Shown here: one piece after another, positions 10,221 to 23,799 of the stretch
How positions within the stretch are numbered: position 1 is the stretch's first letter
Layout of the letters: the number at the start of each line of letters is the position of its first letter
NCBI RefSeq assembly: GCF_964213995.1
Contig: NC_135826.1
Coordinates: 15,128,001-15,192,000, forward strand
DNA: 64,000 nucleotides
Reading direction: 5' to 3'
DNA from: Mustelus asterias
Lineage: Eukaryota
Translations under genes and position numbers: made by a program
Notes under the pieces: generated by a model
The model's database searches: none
Seen by the model: only the letters and a program-made list of their open reading frames with translations
What the model was told of the DNA's origin: nothing

Positions 10221-12675
10221 GTAAGTGACTGCAAATTCCCTCTTGCAGAAACTAGCTGTGCGAGTTTAAGAATGAATTAATTTAAACTTTGTTATTTCTT
10301 AGCATCTACTTGTTGGACAATCATTTGCAAGTGAAAATTCTGATTCTAATTCCTAATCATGTTTAGTGTGCAGTTCTGTGACTCTATCTCTGCTAGTTAG
10401 AATAGTTCCTGTTTCACTTCTGGCTGAATTGCTGGAGCTCTGGTTATTAGTGCTGTGTTTTTCTTTTTGATTTGATTTATTATTGTCACATGTATTGGGA
10501 TACAGTGAAAAGTATTGTTTCTTGCGCTACACAGACAAAACATACCATTCATAGAGTGCATGGGGGGAAGGAAAGGAGTGGGTGAGGATATAGTGTTGCA
10601 GTCATGCAGTCTAGGGTGTAGAGAAAGATAAGCTTGGTATAAAGTAGGTCCATTCAAAAGTCTGATGGCAGCAGGGAAGAAGCTGTTCTTGAGTCAGTTG
10701 GTACGTGACCTCAGGCCTTTGTATCTTTTTCCCGGTGGAAGCGAGAATGTCCGGACTGTGTGGGGTCCTTAATGATGCTGGCTGCTTTTCCAAGGCAGCG
10801 GGAAGTGTAGACAGAGTCAATGGATGGGAGGCTGGTTTGTGTGATGGACTGGGCTACTGAATTAATAGAAATTCAAACATTTCATTCCCCTAATTCCCTG
10901 TGAGCATTAGTTTTTTTGTTGTTATTCAGTTGGTGCAGATTGGTTTTGGAACAGTGTTTATTTCCCAAACTTTACTGAAGGGTAGTGATGGCGAAATGGA
11001 TAAATTGTGACTCCGCCCCCCCGCCCCCCAATGGTTCAGCTGACTTAAATAAGTCCAATACCCTGGGTAAATTAATAATAGAGAATATATTTATAAAAAA
11101 AACACCCAATCATGTCATGAGATGTTTCACATTGTTTAGAATACTTTTGAATTGAATTCACTGCCATGCAGAAATGCAGCAGCCACTTATTACACAGCAA
11201 TGGAATCAATGACCAGCTCGTATTTATTTTCCACAGCATTAGGTTAGAGAAGAAGATTGGTCAGGGCATTGCAAATAGACCAGCCTCAGTTTAAAATATT
11301 TGAAGGAAGATAGTTCTGTATATGTTGATAGTGGCTCTCCTTCAGTATTGCACTGAAGTGTTGGCCTAATTCTAGATGTCCTTCTACCCAATTAGATTGC
11401 TCCAGATCCCTGGTTCTAAATCAGTTTAATGCCATGGAGATCAGAGTTCACCATTCAGCCATTCATTGCCACCCTCAACATCCCTCCCAATTCTGATTTG
11501 AATTGTGAATTAGAACTCTGATGCACATTTTCCTGATCTCATCCTGAACCTGCAATAAGACATTTTACATCACTGTGGCGTCTAGTAAATTTAATGACTG
11601 CAGTTCATTCAAAATTAATGATTATATTCAGGGACTTGGGACATTGCTGATATTCTATGTCACCCTAAAGTAATAATCAGGCATTTGCAGCCAGTCCCAA
11701 AATGTCTGTTACAAACAAACTAAAACCCACTGTGGGCCCAGACCTAAAAAATGAGCAAAGTCACCCAACAGGTTTAATCACTGTCACCAGAAAAGGACCA
11801 ACCCCTCAGAGAAACTTGTGAAAGCTGGTAGATAAGCAGAATTTCAAACTTGAGGGACCTCAACACCCTTGCCTGCACTTTTTAAAAGGTGTAATGCCAA
11901 AAGTGACTCATGGAGTTGAAACACACCCTCACTTCCTTAAAATAGACCTCCTCCCATGAGAAACCTTCACTTCCTTCACTAGCTACAAGGCCAGAAATTC
12001 CTTGGACATGGTATATCATTCAACTTCACATCATCTCACAGGGACTCTCTCTCTTCTTCTTCAATCTCCATCTCCTTCCAAAGGATTAACTTCCTCTGCC
12101 TTCCCTCTGTTTTCCATTGAATCCACTGAAATCTTTGCTGCTCCTTTTGAGTGTTGTTGCTCTGATTCTAGTGGCTGCACATTCAGAGTTTGGAGCTCTG
12201 GTTCTGGGATGAATCCAGCATGATGGTGAGCGGTGACCAGAATCCCCCTGTCGTTGGACTCTGATAGCAAAGGGTTCATTGGGTTTCTGCTAATGTTTGT
12301 TTTTGAGTTCCGACACCCAGACCAGGCCTTTGACCACTGGCTCACTGTGAATTGCTGCTGTCGCATTGACACTGAGTCTGTGTTGGGGGTCAGTATAGCT
12401 GTATCATGTACATTCTCTGCAGTCTCTCATCAATCAGCACTTTGCGATTTTTCTTATGGAAAACAACTTCCTATTTTTCTAACCATATACACTAGAATAT
12501 TGAGAATTATACCTTCCATTCCCTCAGGCTTGTATCCACGTGAGTTTTGAGCCCCCCCTCCCCCCCCAACTCTTCCCCAGTTGACCATTCCTGCTAGCTT
12601 AATTGGATCAGTTAATGTTGGTGGGCCATTCATCAGTTAATGGGCCAGCCCTGTCCTTGTCTCACACCCACAACT

Positions 12676-12975
12676 AGAATCATAGAACCTCTACAGTGCA
12701 GAAAGTGGCCATTCAGCCCATTGAGTCTGCACCAACAACAATCCCATCCAGGCCCTATCCACGTAACCCCAAGCATTTACCCTGCTAACCCCCCTGACAC
12801 TGAAGGACAATTTAGCATGGCCAATTTACCTAACCGGCACATCTTTGAATTGTGGAAGGAAACCAGAGCAGGTACAGGGAGAATGTGCAAACTTCACACA
12901 CAGTCACCTGAAGCTGGAATTGAACCAGTGTCTCTGGCGTTGGGGCAGCAGTGCTAACCGCTGTGCCACCATGTC
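12676..12975 (-). mobile_element. V-SINE-like copy in the J1-C1 intron
   Basis: Similar to 3835-4150. Confidence 0.7.
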
Positions 12976-13781
12976 GCCTGAACTAAACAGCCTCCCATTG
13001 GATGGGGAAGGGGGCAGTGGGCAAAGGGCAAGTGGATGCTAGATTTTCGGACCCCTCTCCAAACAGAAGGCTAATATATTAATCAGAGCATCATCTCAGA
13101 TCATTTAATACCCTGTCACTTACTGGTCTATGGAGCACAGGATCACAAACCTGGTGCCCTCACTCAGGCCGGGGGAGAGTTTGTAACCTTTTTAGTCTTC
13201 CCATGACAATGGGGGGTGGGGGTGGGTGCATATCATGGACGGGAGGGGGTTAGTGATGGGTGGCGTGGGAAGGGGTGAGAGAAGAAAACAATTTGGACTG
13301 GGTGTGGGCATTTTGCACGGCAATGGTGCCATATTATACTGAATATGTGTCTATCTCAAATCCATCAAAGTCTCAGTATCAAAATGCCCCACCTGTTTGG
13401 GGTGGATTTTCAACATGAAATCCAATATCAGTTAGTGATATCTGGGGACACATGGGTCAAGTGAAGCATCCCTGGTAACTCACAATAACAACCAACTCAA
13501 CACAGACTGGGGATTGTATCTGGAGTCTGGAGGTGAAGATCCCACAGTGAGTGATGCTCTAATCCACATTGTCAGCAGAAGGATCCTAAACAATATCTTC
13601 CACATCAAACTGAGTACTTTCTGTTCCTAAACCTTTGCCAATCAGGTTTGCCAATCCGCTCACTCAATGAATTTCTGGAGTCCATTATAGGAAACTGAAA
13701 ATTTTCACTGGAACTTCTTTTAAACTCGAAACTAAGTTGAATTTTTCTCTAACAACTTGTTTTCTCTGGTTCTGATTACAG

Positions 13782-14104
13782 CTCAGCAACTCCTTGACCC
13801 TTCAGTGAAACTACTGGGACCTTCAGCCGATGAGTTATCCACTAAAGGAGCCGGCACGTTAGTTTGTCTGGTCAGCAAACTGTCCATGGGCTTTGCTGCG
13901 GTCAGCTGGACAGTCGATGGGAGTCCGACGAGCAGTGATGTCCAAACCAGCGTGGCGTCGCGGAACTCAGACAACACCTTCAGTCTCAGCAGCTACCTGA
14001 CAGTCCCTGACAGAGATTGGAGCAGTGGGAAGGTATACTCCTGTTCAGTTCAACAAGGAGCAGCTTCAAAAACAACCGCAACCGCCTCACAATCCAACTG
14101 TTAA
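13782..14104 (+). CDS. IgL constant exon C1 (open, acceptor intact)
   Basis: TTACAG acceptor; C1-set motifs TLVCLV, VSWTVDG, FSLSSYL, YSC, terminal Cys; AATAAA 14453-14458. Confidence 0.95.
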
Positions 14105-14508
14105 ATAGATGGAAGTTTCATTGTGTCAGCTTCCTGAGTAATTAGAATCACTTTATCTTCCTCCACCATTATCATACCCTCTACCCTGGTACCTGCTGCT
14201 TTTCATGTTTTCCTTTGCTTTGTCTGATTCTGTTGTATCATTTGAGTTGTTTGTATCTGAGGCTGGTTTTGTTCAATCTCTCCCATTGCAAGAAGCTACA
14301 CCAGGGTTAAAGTGACCAGTTACTTAGCTCCAATCAGGAATTTCACTGAAAATAGGTGATTTGCTCAGTGCCAATGCTGGATTTAATGAAAATAGTTTAT
14401 GATCAGCCAACAACATCAGATTGGGAAATGACTGTCACTGAGTGTAATTTTCAATAAAGAGAATCTGTGCAGGAAATATTTGTGTGTGTATGTATATTCT
14501 GTCACATT

Positions 14509-15599
14509 GGGGCGCGTAAACATGGTGAAGTCGGGTGTGAGGCCATTAACGCGATCTGCGCCCGTGTCCACGCAGATTGCCACTTTACCGAAACCCGGGA
14601 ATGGTGGCGATTCGATTCACGCCCAACACAGGCGCAACGGTGATTTAAATGCATTTGCATGCATTTAAATTGAATTAATGAACTGCCCGCCCAACTTCAT
14701 CAGCATTTCCCCCTTTACCACCGCGTTTGCCAATCCGGAACTGCGCCATAATGGACCTGCTAAATAAAAGACTGAATCGGGCGCTCCAGCTGCTGAAGAG
14801 CATGTTCAGTGCTTCCAACAGCTCTCTGACTCAGATCGGGGTCAGATCATTCTCTGGTTGGGTGAGGGGGGGAGGGCAGTGAGGCCAGATCGTTGTCTGG
14901 TTGGGGGGGGGGGGGGGGGGAGGAAGGGGAGGTGGGTCAGATGTATCTCTGGTTTGGGGGGGGAGGGCTGATCGTTGTCTGGTGGGAAGGGAGGAGAAGG
15001 CAGGTCGGATGTTCTTCTGGCGGGGGGGGGGGGGGGTGCGGGGGGAGGAGGCCAGATCGTTGTTTGAGGGGGGGGGAGGAGGGAGGCCCGATCGCTCACT
15101 AGTGGGGGGTTGGGGGGCGCAGATGGATGTCCGGGGGGGCAAATGGATCTCCGGGGGGGGGGGGGGGAGCAGGGGGGTCCGCTGCCACTCTGTGGGCAAT
15201 CGGTGGTGGGTGCAGGGGTGGCGATCGTTCTGGGTAGTGGAGGGGTGGATAAGGGGGACAATGATTTGTGTGGTAGTGGAGGGGTGGATAAGGGGAACAG
15301 TGTTGTGTGTGGGGGCCATCACTCCTGCATTTTGCTCCCGGGCCACTTTCTCCACTTTCTGCGGCCCGGGAGCGATCTGACACGGGCGTGCTTTTTCAAT
15401 TTTTTTTTCTAACTGCGCATGCGCAGTTCAGAGCTGCGATTGTTTCGGCCGTGCTAAGCCCCGCCCACAGCATGAATGGGACTGGAGATTTTTTTTTTCA
15501 GTCTGAGTGCGTACGGGGGCACCTGAAAGCAGATTTCCAAGTCGGATCTGCATGACACCCAGATTCAGCACTTGGAATTAAATTGGTAAAATCGGGCCC
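14509..15599. mobile_element. Non-autonomous DNA-transposon-like insertion (possibly Harbinger) with G-rich tandem repeats
   Basis: GGG...CCC ends flanked by ATT/ATT; absent at the equivalent site 3' of C2 (~39735); poly-G units at 14850-15300. Confidence 0.55.
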
Positions 15600-18500
15600 A
15601 TTGTGTGTTCCTACCCATCCCTAACCCTACTGAATGGCTTAGATCTGAAGAATAGAGTGGAAGCAGTGTACACCATCTACATGATGCACTGCAACAACTT
15701 GCCAAGGCTTCAACAATACCTGTCAAACTCACAACCTCTATCGCCTGGAAGAAAAAAGGCAGCAGATGAATGGAACAACACCACTTGGAAGTTCCTGGTC
15801 AAGTCAACAACCTATCCTGGCTTGGAAGTACATCGCTGCTCCTTCACTGTCACTGGGTCAAGATCCTCGAACACCCTCCCTAACAGAAAACTTTTCTCCC
15901 AGAAAAGTTTAAAGGGAATATTAGGGGGGGCTTCTTCACGCAGAGAGTGGTGGGAGTGTGGAATGAGCTGCTGGATAAAGTGGTAAATTTTTAACTTTTA
16001 ACATTTAAGAAAAACTTGGACGGGTTCATGGATGAGAGGGGTGTGGAGGGATATGGTCCAAGTGCAGGTCAGTGGGACTTGGCATAAAATGGTTCGGCAC
16101 AGACAAGAAGGGCCAAAAGGCCTGTTTCTGAGCTGTAATTTTCTATGGTTGTATGGTTCTAACAGCATTGAGGGTGTATCCACACCGTATGCACTGCTGG
16201 GGTTCAAGAAGGTGGCTCAACAGCACCTTCCAGAGGGTAATTAGCATCGGAAAATAAAGATTAGACTAACCAACGATGCTCATATCCCACAACAGAATTA
16301 AGAAAAAAGATTCGACTCTTGCCCCAGCTTTGATGCAATTTCCAAGTATCCAGGAATATTTGGGAAGCTAGGCAGGTTCTGAACAAAATTATTCAAAGCT
16401 CCTTCCTTGGATATGAGAGTTGGGTCAGATGTCTGGAGAGGTGTCATTTGAACATTTGTTTCTAAACAAATTAACTAGGGGGTTATAGATCAGCAGCAGT
16501 GATCCCACCATGCAAAATATATTAATGTTCACCCGGAGACACAGGCACAGTTGTCAGAAAACTTTTATAAAAGTCAAGATCCATCTGACAAATGTAAACG
16601 TGTTTCGTGATTAGTCAGCCTATTGACAAACAAAATATAGGAGACATTGTGCATCCGGACACTCAAAAGGGGATTAATAAGGTGTAGAATAAAAGACTTG
16701 TTAAACGTAGCGGGGGTGTGGTAACATTGAAAGGACAGAAGAGATCTGTGGCTAATGAGAGTTCATTTCCCTGGAGGGAGAGAGATGACAGGACAGAAAT
16801 TTCCCGTCCCATCTGCCATGGGAATCATAGTGGGCCGGGCAGAACATGAAAAGATCCGTTAACTTTGGGCATTCCGGTCATGGGGTGATCGTGGCCAGAA
16901 AATCCTGCCCACGTATATGGGAGTGAGATAGTGACTGTGTGTGGGAGTGAGAAGCTGAGTGCATGTGTGTGTAGGACCCTTTTGTATCCAGGAGACAGGC
17001 TTGCTCCTTCAGGACTGAGCTGATGCTGACAGTGGCCTCCATGCGGGGAGGCTTGTCATTGTGATGCAAGTTTTTTTGGTTTGTTCAGCGGATGTGGGCA
17101 TTGCTGGCTAGGCCAACATTTATTGTACAGCCCTTGAACTGAATGCCTTGTGAGGCCATTTAAGAGTCAACCACATTGCTGTGGATCTGGAATCATATCT
17201 AGGTCAGACCAGGTAAGGATGTCAGATTTCCTTCCCTAAAGGACATTAGTGGGTTTTTAACGACAATCAACAATAATTTTGTGGCTATCGGTAGAACTTT
17301 AATTCCAGATTTCTATTGAATTTAAATTTCACCATCTGTTGTGGTGGGATTTGAACCTGGGTCCCCAGTGCATTACCTTGGGTCTCTGGATTACTAGTCC
17401 AGTGACAATACCACTATGCCACCGCCTCACCCTGAAGACTATTAGAAGTGTTCAAAGGGCAACTACCCTCATAATAGGAAGTTGCATACAAAAATGTACC
17501 ACCAGATCACAGGGAGAGAGCACATTCTACGGGTAAATCTCTCAGCCGGCGAGGCCAAGTCTTTCCACTTCAAGCATCCCCTCAGAAAGAATAAAGGGTT
17601 TTTTTTGTGTTATTGCAAGCAGCTATGCAGCAGGCAAAGGCATCTATTAGAGAATCTCAGCACCTGGGCTGAGGCGTCTTTAGGCTTCCCAACCTGATAA
17701 ATATTTTATAAAGATCAAGGCCACGCAAAGCCGAATTCTCCAGGGACAAAGAGGTTTTTTTAGACACCAGAAGCTTTATCAATCACTTCATTTATCCTAT
17801 GTGAACCATATAGTGGTATTATCACTAGACTATTAATTCAGAAACTCAACTGATATTCTGGGGACCCGGGTTCGAATCCTGCCACTGCAGATGGTGGAAT
17901 TTGAATTCAATAAAAAGCTTCTGGAATTAAGAATCTACTGATGACCTTGAAACCTTTGTTGATTGTTAGAAAAACCCATCTGGAATACTAATATATTTTA
18001 GGGAAGGAAGTCTTCTGTCCTTACCTGGTCTGGCCTACATGTGACTCCAGAGCCACAGCAATGTGGTTGATGCTCAACTGCCCTCGGGCAACTAGGGATC
18101 GGCAAAAGAGTGTTGGCCAGCCAGTGATGCCCATGTCCCATGAATGAATAAAAATAATACCTAAAATGAAAAGGCTATGTACAATCTAATGATAATTGGT
18201 CAGAAATGAGGGCGTGTCACTTTAATAGATAGGATGGCAGGGAAAAGATGTTTGTGGGTGCTGGCAAGAATTGCATGTTGGGAGATAACGGATCTATGTT
18301 GGCAGCAATATTCCTGAGAAGATATTTAGTTTCCATGTGGAAAGCATAGGATTTCACAACCCAGAAGTAAGCTACTAGGTCCATCATTGAGAATGCACAG
18401 CTCACAGACAGAACTATCCACATCATCATATTCCCCATATTCCTCTTTTGTCAGATATGAAATGTGTGAAGGATTCTATCCCTGCCACTGTTTCCAGTAG

Positions 18501-19439
18501 GAATATTTCATGTCCTAATAATTCTTCAATTTATACCAACAATCATTGCATCATCAGATTTCATTTGGCTGCAAAAATTACTGCTGCAGATAACTTGTCA
18601 CTAGGTCAAAATCCTGGAACATCCTCCCTAACAGCATTGAGGTAGGATCCACACCATATGGGCTACAGGGGTTCAAGAAGATGGCTCAATTTCCAGGTAT
18701 AAAGAGAGGTTCCAGAATTGGAGTCTGGGATGTGCTGGTTGATGGAAACAAGTAAGAAACAATAAGAATGAGTTTATTCAAATATATCGTCAGAAACTCT
18801 TGTTATGTCCTTTTTATAAATAGGAGATTTTACTCAGCTGAAACCGAAATATTTTAATGAAGGTACACCAGGCAAATAGCCTTAAAAATGGACAAACTAT
18901 GAAACAATGGCAAGATTGTATGTGTGTATCTGATACAGCTGAAGTTAACTAAATTGACAATTGAATGTCAACAATGCATTTAAAAAAATGATCAGGTGGC
19001 ATTCCCATTGTAAAGCTTTATGAGTTCTGTTCAAGGCTAGAAAAGCTACATAGGTCTTTGAAAGATTTAGCATGATTGAGGAGTAGGAAGTGGCTGAAAT
19101 GCAAAATATATATTTTGTATTAATTTTCACCATTGAAAATGATACAGTGGTAGGTACAAATGCTTTAGATATTGACATCTTAAATATAAATGCATAAATG
19201 GCCTTAGCTTGGTTTGAGGCACTAAAGATTGAACAGGTTGCTGGACCTGATAACATGTCATCTGAAAAATCAGAGAGATATGATGCAAGTCATTAATTTA
19301 GTTAGCTAATAGTTCTTTGCAATCTGGACTAGTTCGAAATGTCAGGAGAAAGCTTGATGCATGAATGCTTGCACACATGTGCCAAACCCCATTCACTGAT
19401 AGCTAGATCAGAACATGAGAACAAAAGTAAAACATTCCT

Positions 19440-20480
19440 AAAAAGGATTCCTTTTTGCAGATACCTTTATCCCAGACCCAATAGTTAGGTTTTGAAAGGA
19501 GCCAATTTAACCAGGCTTTCTTAAGTTAAAGATAGAGTGAGTTTATTAATCACTAAAGGTGAGAAAATGGTAAAACACATGCATACACATTCATGCAACT
19601 CAAAACAGGTGGGTTAGGAGTCCCCTGAGTGCATCTTACCCTCTAGCCAGTGTTACGACCCACTCCAGGCAAGGTTCTCCAAAATTGTTGATCCAGGCAA
19701 GATTCCTCAATTGGTCACTAAATTGTTACAACCTGGCTTGAGAAGGGATGACTGGTTCCCATCTTTATTCAACCCCATCTTTTGGTGATCTAAAAAGGGT
19801 TCCTTTCTGCAGATACCTTTATCCCAGACCCAATAGGTATGTTTCAAAAGGAACCAATTTAACCAGGCTTTCTTGAGTTAATGATAGTAAGTTTATTAAT
19901 TACTAAAGGCAAGAAAATAGTAAAATACATGCATATACATTCATACAGATTAGAAGGAAGAATTGTGTTCAAAGTAAGAAAATAGGTTTTAAAAGAAGTA
20001 TACTGAACAGTCCTTGACTAGTGAGGAGTAGAGTTGATTGAGTGTTGTGGCCATTGTGATTCAAGATTCCAGTAGAGTTGACTTCACGAGGTGAATAGTT
20101 AGTTTTGAGCTTCCAATAGACTTGGCTTCAGCAGGCGAATAGTCTGTCTTGCAATTCCAGTGCTCTGTAGCTTAGCGGAGAAGCTTCCCAGTTCTCTTTC
20201 CAGTTGTGGCTGTTGCTGACTTGCCCGACTTCCACAGTCAGAGAGGGAGAGAGATTTCTGCAAAATGGCTGTTTGTGGGGGTTATTGTGAATGTGCTTGC
20301 TGGCATTTTCTTCTGTGTCAAAACTTTCAGCACTTGTTCTCACAGAGCACAAATAGACAATACAACCGATGGCAGCATTCCGCCGGCTTTTAACCCATTC
20401 TCTGTGTATTCCAAGTGGGAAGGCGAATCCACAAAATGTCCATCTGGGTATTACACAGGAAATCTCTTGATGAGATGCCC
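19440..20480. repeat. LTR-like remnant with a ~150-bp direct duplication (~19440-19600 / ~19790-19950)
   Basis: TGCAGATACCTTTATCCCAGACCCAATAG...CCAATTTAACCAGGCTTTCTT occurs twice. Confidence 0.45.
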
Positions 20481-20485
20481 ATTAT

Positions 20486-21075
20486 AGAATCATAGAGGTT
20501 TACAGCATGGAAACCGGTCCAAGTTGTCCATGCCGCCCTTTTTTCTTAAACAACTAAGCTAGTCCCAATTGCCCACGTTTGGCCCATATCCCTCTATACC
20601 CATCCTACCCATTAAACTGTGTAAATGCTTTTTAAAAGACAAAATTGTACCTGCCTCTACTACTACCTGTGGCAGCTTGTTCCAGATACTCACCACCCTT
20701 TGTGTGAAAAAATTGCCCCTCTGGACCCTCCTGTATCCCTCCCCTCTCACCTTAAACCTCTGCCGTCTAGTTCCAGTCTCCCCTACCTTAGGAAAAAGAT
20801 GTTGATTACCTAACTGATCTATGCCCCTCATTATTTTATAGACCTCAATAAGATCACCCCTAGGTCTCCTACATTCCAGGGAAGAGTCCCAGTCTATCCA
20901 GCTGTTCCTTATACCTCAAACCATCAAGGCCCGGTAGCATCCTAGTAAATCTTTTCTGCACACTTTCTAGTTTAATAATATCCTTTCTATAATAGGGTGA
21001 CCAAGTGTGGCCTTACCAATGTCTTGTACAACTTCAACAAGATGTCCCAACTCCTGTATTCAATGTTCTGACCAT
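20486..21075 (-). mobile_element. Decayed CR1 LINE 3' fragment
   Basis: Minus-strand ORFs with YKTLVRPHL and FFTQRVVSIWNKLP. Confidence 0.8.
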
Positions 21076-23799
21076 TGTCCCAACTGGAGCTGGCCATTAG
21101 TTTCTGGATGATTTTACAAGTATCTTGTCTGGTTATAGGATAGGGGTTCCATTGTCTGGTGGTGGTGAGTGTCTGGAAAAAAAGTTTCACAAGTTGGGCC
21201 GAAGGGCCTGTTTCCATGCTGTCTCTTAGAGAATCGTCCTGCAGCAACTCAACCTGTGGTTTGCGTGTCCAGTTAAAAACAAAATCTGGTCTTCTTTAAA
21301 GTCCAACATTTCCAGACATAATTCAATGTTTTCCTTTCATTATCATGACAACAATACACAGTTCTGACAACTAGTGATGGCAGTGGTTCCTCCAAACAGT
21401 GCAGCTAATTGCAGAGTCCACATACCATGGGTGTTGGTGTACAAGAGGCGGGTATAAGGCTAGAAAGCAATAGTGTTTGGAGATTCTATAGTTAGGGGAA
21501 CAGACAAGCTTTCCGTTGGCCGCAGTCATGATTCCAGGATGGAATGTTGCCTCCTGAGTGACAAAGTCAAAAATGTCACTGAAGGGCTGTGCAAACTGCC
21601 AGAACAGATACATTCCATATCAGTACTAAGTAGAAAGAGGGATGAAGTCCCGCAGGCAGAATTTAGGGAGTTGAAATGTAGCAAGCTCTGGATTATTCCT
21701 GATGCCAAATGCTAATAAGGATAGAAATCAGAGAATAGTGCAAATGAATGCATGGAGAGATGATTCAGGAGTGAGAGACATTGGGAAAGGTCCTTGGACT
21801 GGTGAAACCCATACAAGCCGGACAGGTTGCACTCAGCAGAGCCGGGAAGCAGTATTGTGGCAGGGAGCATTGCTTATGCTATTGAGGATCATTTAGACTG
21901 GTTTGGCTGGGGGACAGGAGCCTGAGCAGATTCAGAAGGGAGAGAAACAAAGCTGGGAATGGAAGACAGAGAATTAATAAGCGAGTATGGAAATCAAAGG
22001 GAATGAAGGAAATAGACATTAAAGTATGAATGGTTTATACTCCTATTACGTATTGTAAACCAATGCTTTTCTGTTTGATTAGTCATGTGGCGTGTAGTGA
22101 CACCATCCGAGACATTCAAAACTCACACCTGGAAAGCAACTTTCTCCCCCTGACCCCCTCACCTGTTTTTTTCTCTGATTCCTTCCATTTCTGATATTTG
22201 CGACCTAAAGGTGACAATTACTTCAATCTGACTGTTGCAGAGTCGAAATGGTCTTGACTCGCTATGGAGAGGCAAAAGCTGACATCTGACCCCTCTGGAT
22301 CATGCATTAGCTCATCCAGTGCCAATCAAAACTATTACCTTGAACGAGAAACTGCTTTTCCTGGCTTGGAAGTGACTGTTAAACTTGGCTCACGGTGGGA
22401 CACACATCACCCATACAGTGTCAGAATGTATTTCCTGGGAGACGTTGGTTTGTTTATGGAAACCTTTGCGAGCAAAGGACTGAGTCTTGGAGGAGAAATT
22501 GAGCAAAAACAGGGCGTGATCTTACGAAAAAAAAGCCTAAGTGCTGAACGAGCGAAAAACGGAAGTGAATGATGCAGGTTTTCTCGGCGAGCCATGAGTC
22601 GCACTGAGTGCAATAAAAGAGCCTCGCTGCAATTCTCGCTGGAATGGACCCCCTGGGCGTGTGACTCACCCCCAAAGTGGCTGCAGCTGTACGGCGTTAA
22701 CAACGGAGAGCTGGATATCAGCGCTAACAATGGCAGCCATGCCAGGAAGATGGCACCTAGATGAAGAGTCCCAAGATTAATGGAGGGAAAGCTGCTAGAT
22801 GCTTTGGAAGAGAGGGTGGACATTTTCTTCCTCCCTGACGGGCGGCGAGCCAGGGATCACGCAGCCAATGACCCTGGGAGGCGGTGGCGGTGTCAATCAG
22901 TGCCCGTGCACCGGCATGGAGGACTGGCCACCAGTGCAGGAAGGAAATAACTGACCTCATTCGGGCAGCAAGCGTGAGTGTCCATCCTGTCCTGCCATCA
23001 GTCTCATTTGTCGCGCCTGCAATGTGCAACACCCCCGCTCCCCCCCAACCCCGACACCCCACATCCTTCCAGCATCCTGCCCCCTAGCGCCTGCCTCAAA
23101 CCCCTCTGGCACCCCCATCACAACCTCTGCCTGCTGAGCCACAGCCCCCGACATGCATCACCTCATTTCTCCCACCCTCGAGACTCAGTGCCCTTCAGGC
23201 TTTCAACCCTCCCTTCTGTCTGCAGGTCCATAACAGGAGGGAGTTGGAGAAAGCTGGATGTGGGGTCCCCAACTTGTGAATCCTCACTCCCTTAAAGGAA
23301 AGAGCCCTGGATCTGGTGGGGGAGGAAAGGACTGTGAGCTACAGCGAGGTCAGCCTGCGACATAGAAATGAGCATTTGCCAATCCTTCATTCATATGACA
23401 TGTCTCAAGTAAATGGCATGCTGCCCAGATATCCCTCCCTAGCAATGAACCCTGTGTTCGTTGTTGCAGGAAATGACCCTGATGCACCCGGTCCATCTGG
23501 CATCGCCCATCTCCTGCTGCTCCCGCTGAGATAACAGCTCAGAGGAAACTTCGGAGCAAGGCCCCGAGGAAACCCCCGAGACCAGCGCCAGTCAATCGAC
23601 ACAGGTTTCCGCCACACGATCCACAGCGCAGGTACTATCACTAAGGTGGGACAAGTTAGTGGCTTCTGGATCACTCTCACAGGAGTAAGGGGCCGAATGG
23701 TGGACTCCTGCTTCTAATTTCTTTGTATATATGCCCGGGGAAACCAATTGGGAAACAAGTGGGCATCACCCTGATAAGCAGGGGTTTCTGTTGCAGAAC

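Noticed and set aside
12100-12600. Homology between J-C introns (vs ~38050-38500) as an intronic enhancer
   Set aside because: Only moderate identity, compatible with neutral duplicated or old TE sequence; no clear motif cluster.
14831-15412. Pro/Gly-rich ORFs
   Set aside because: Products of poly-G low-complexity repeats.
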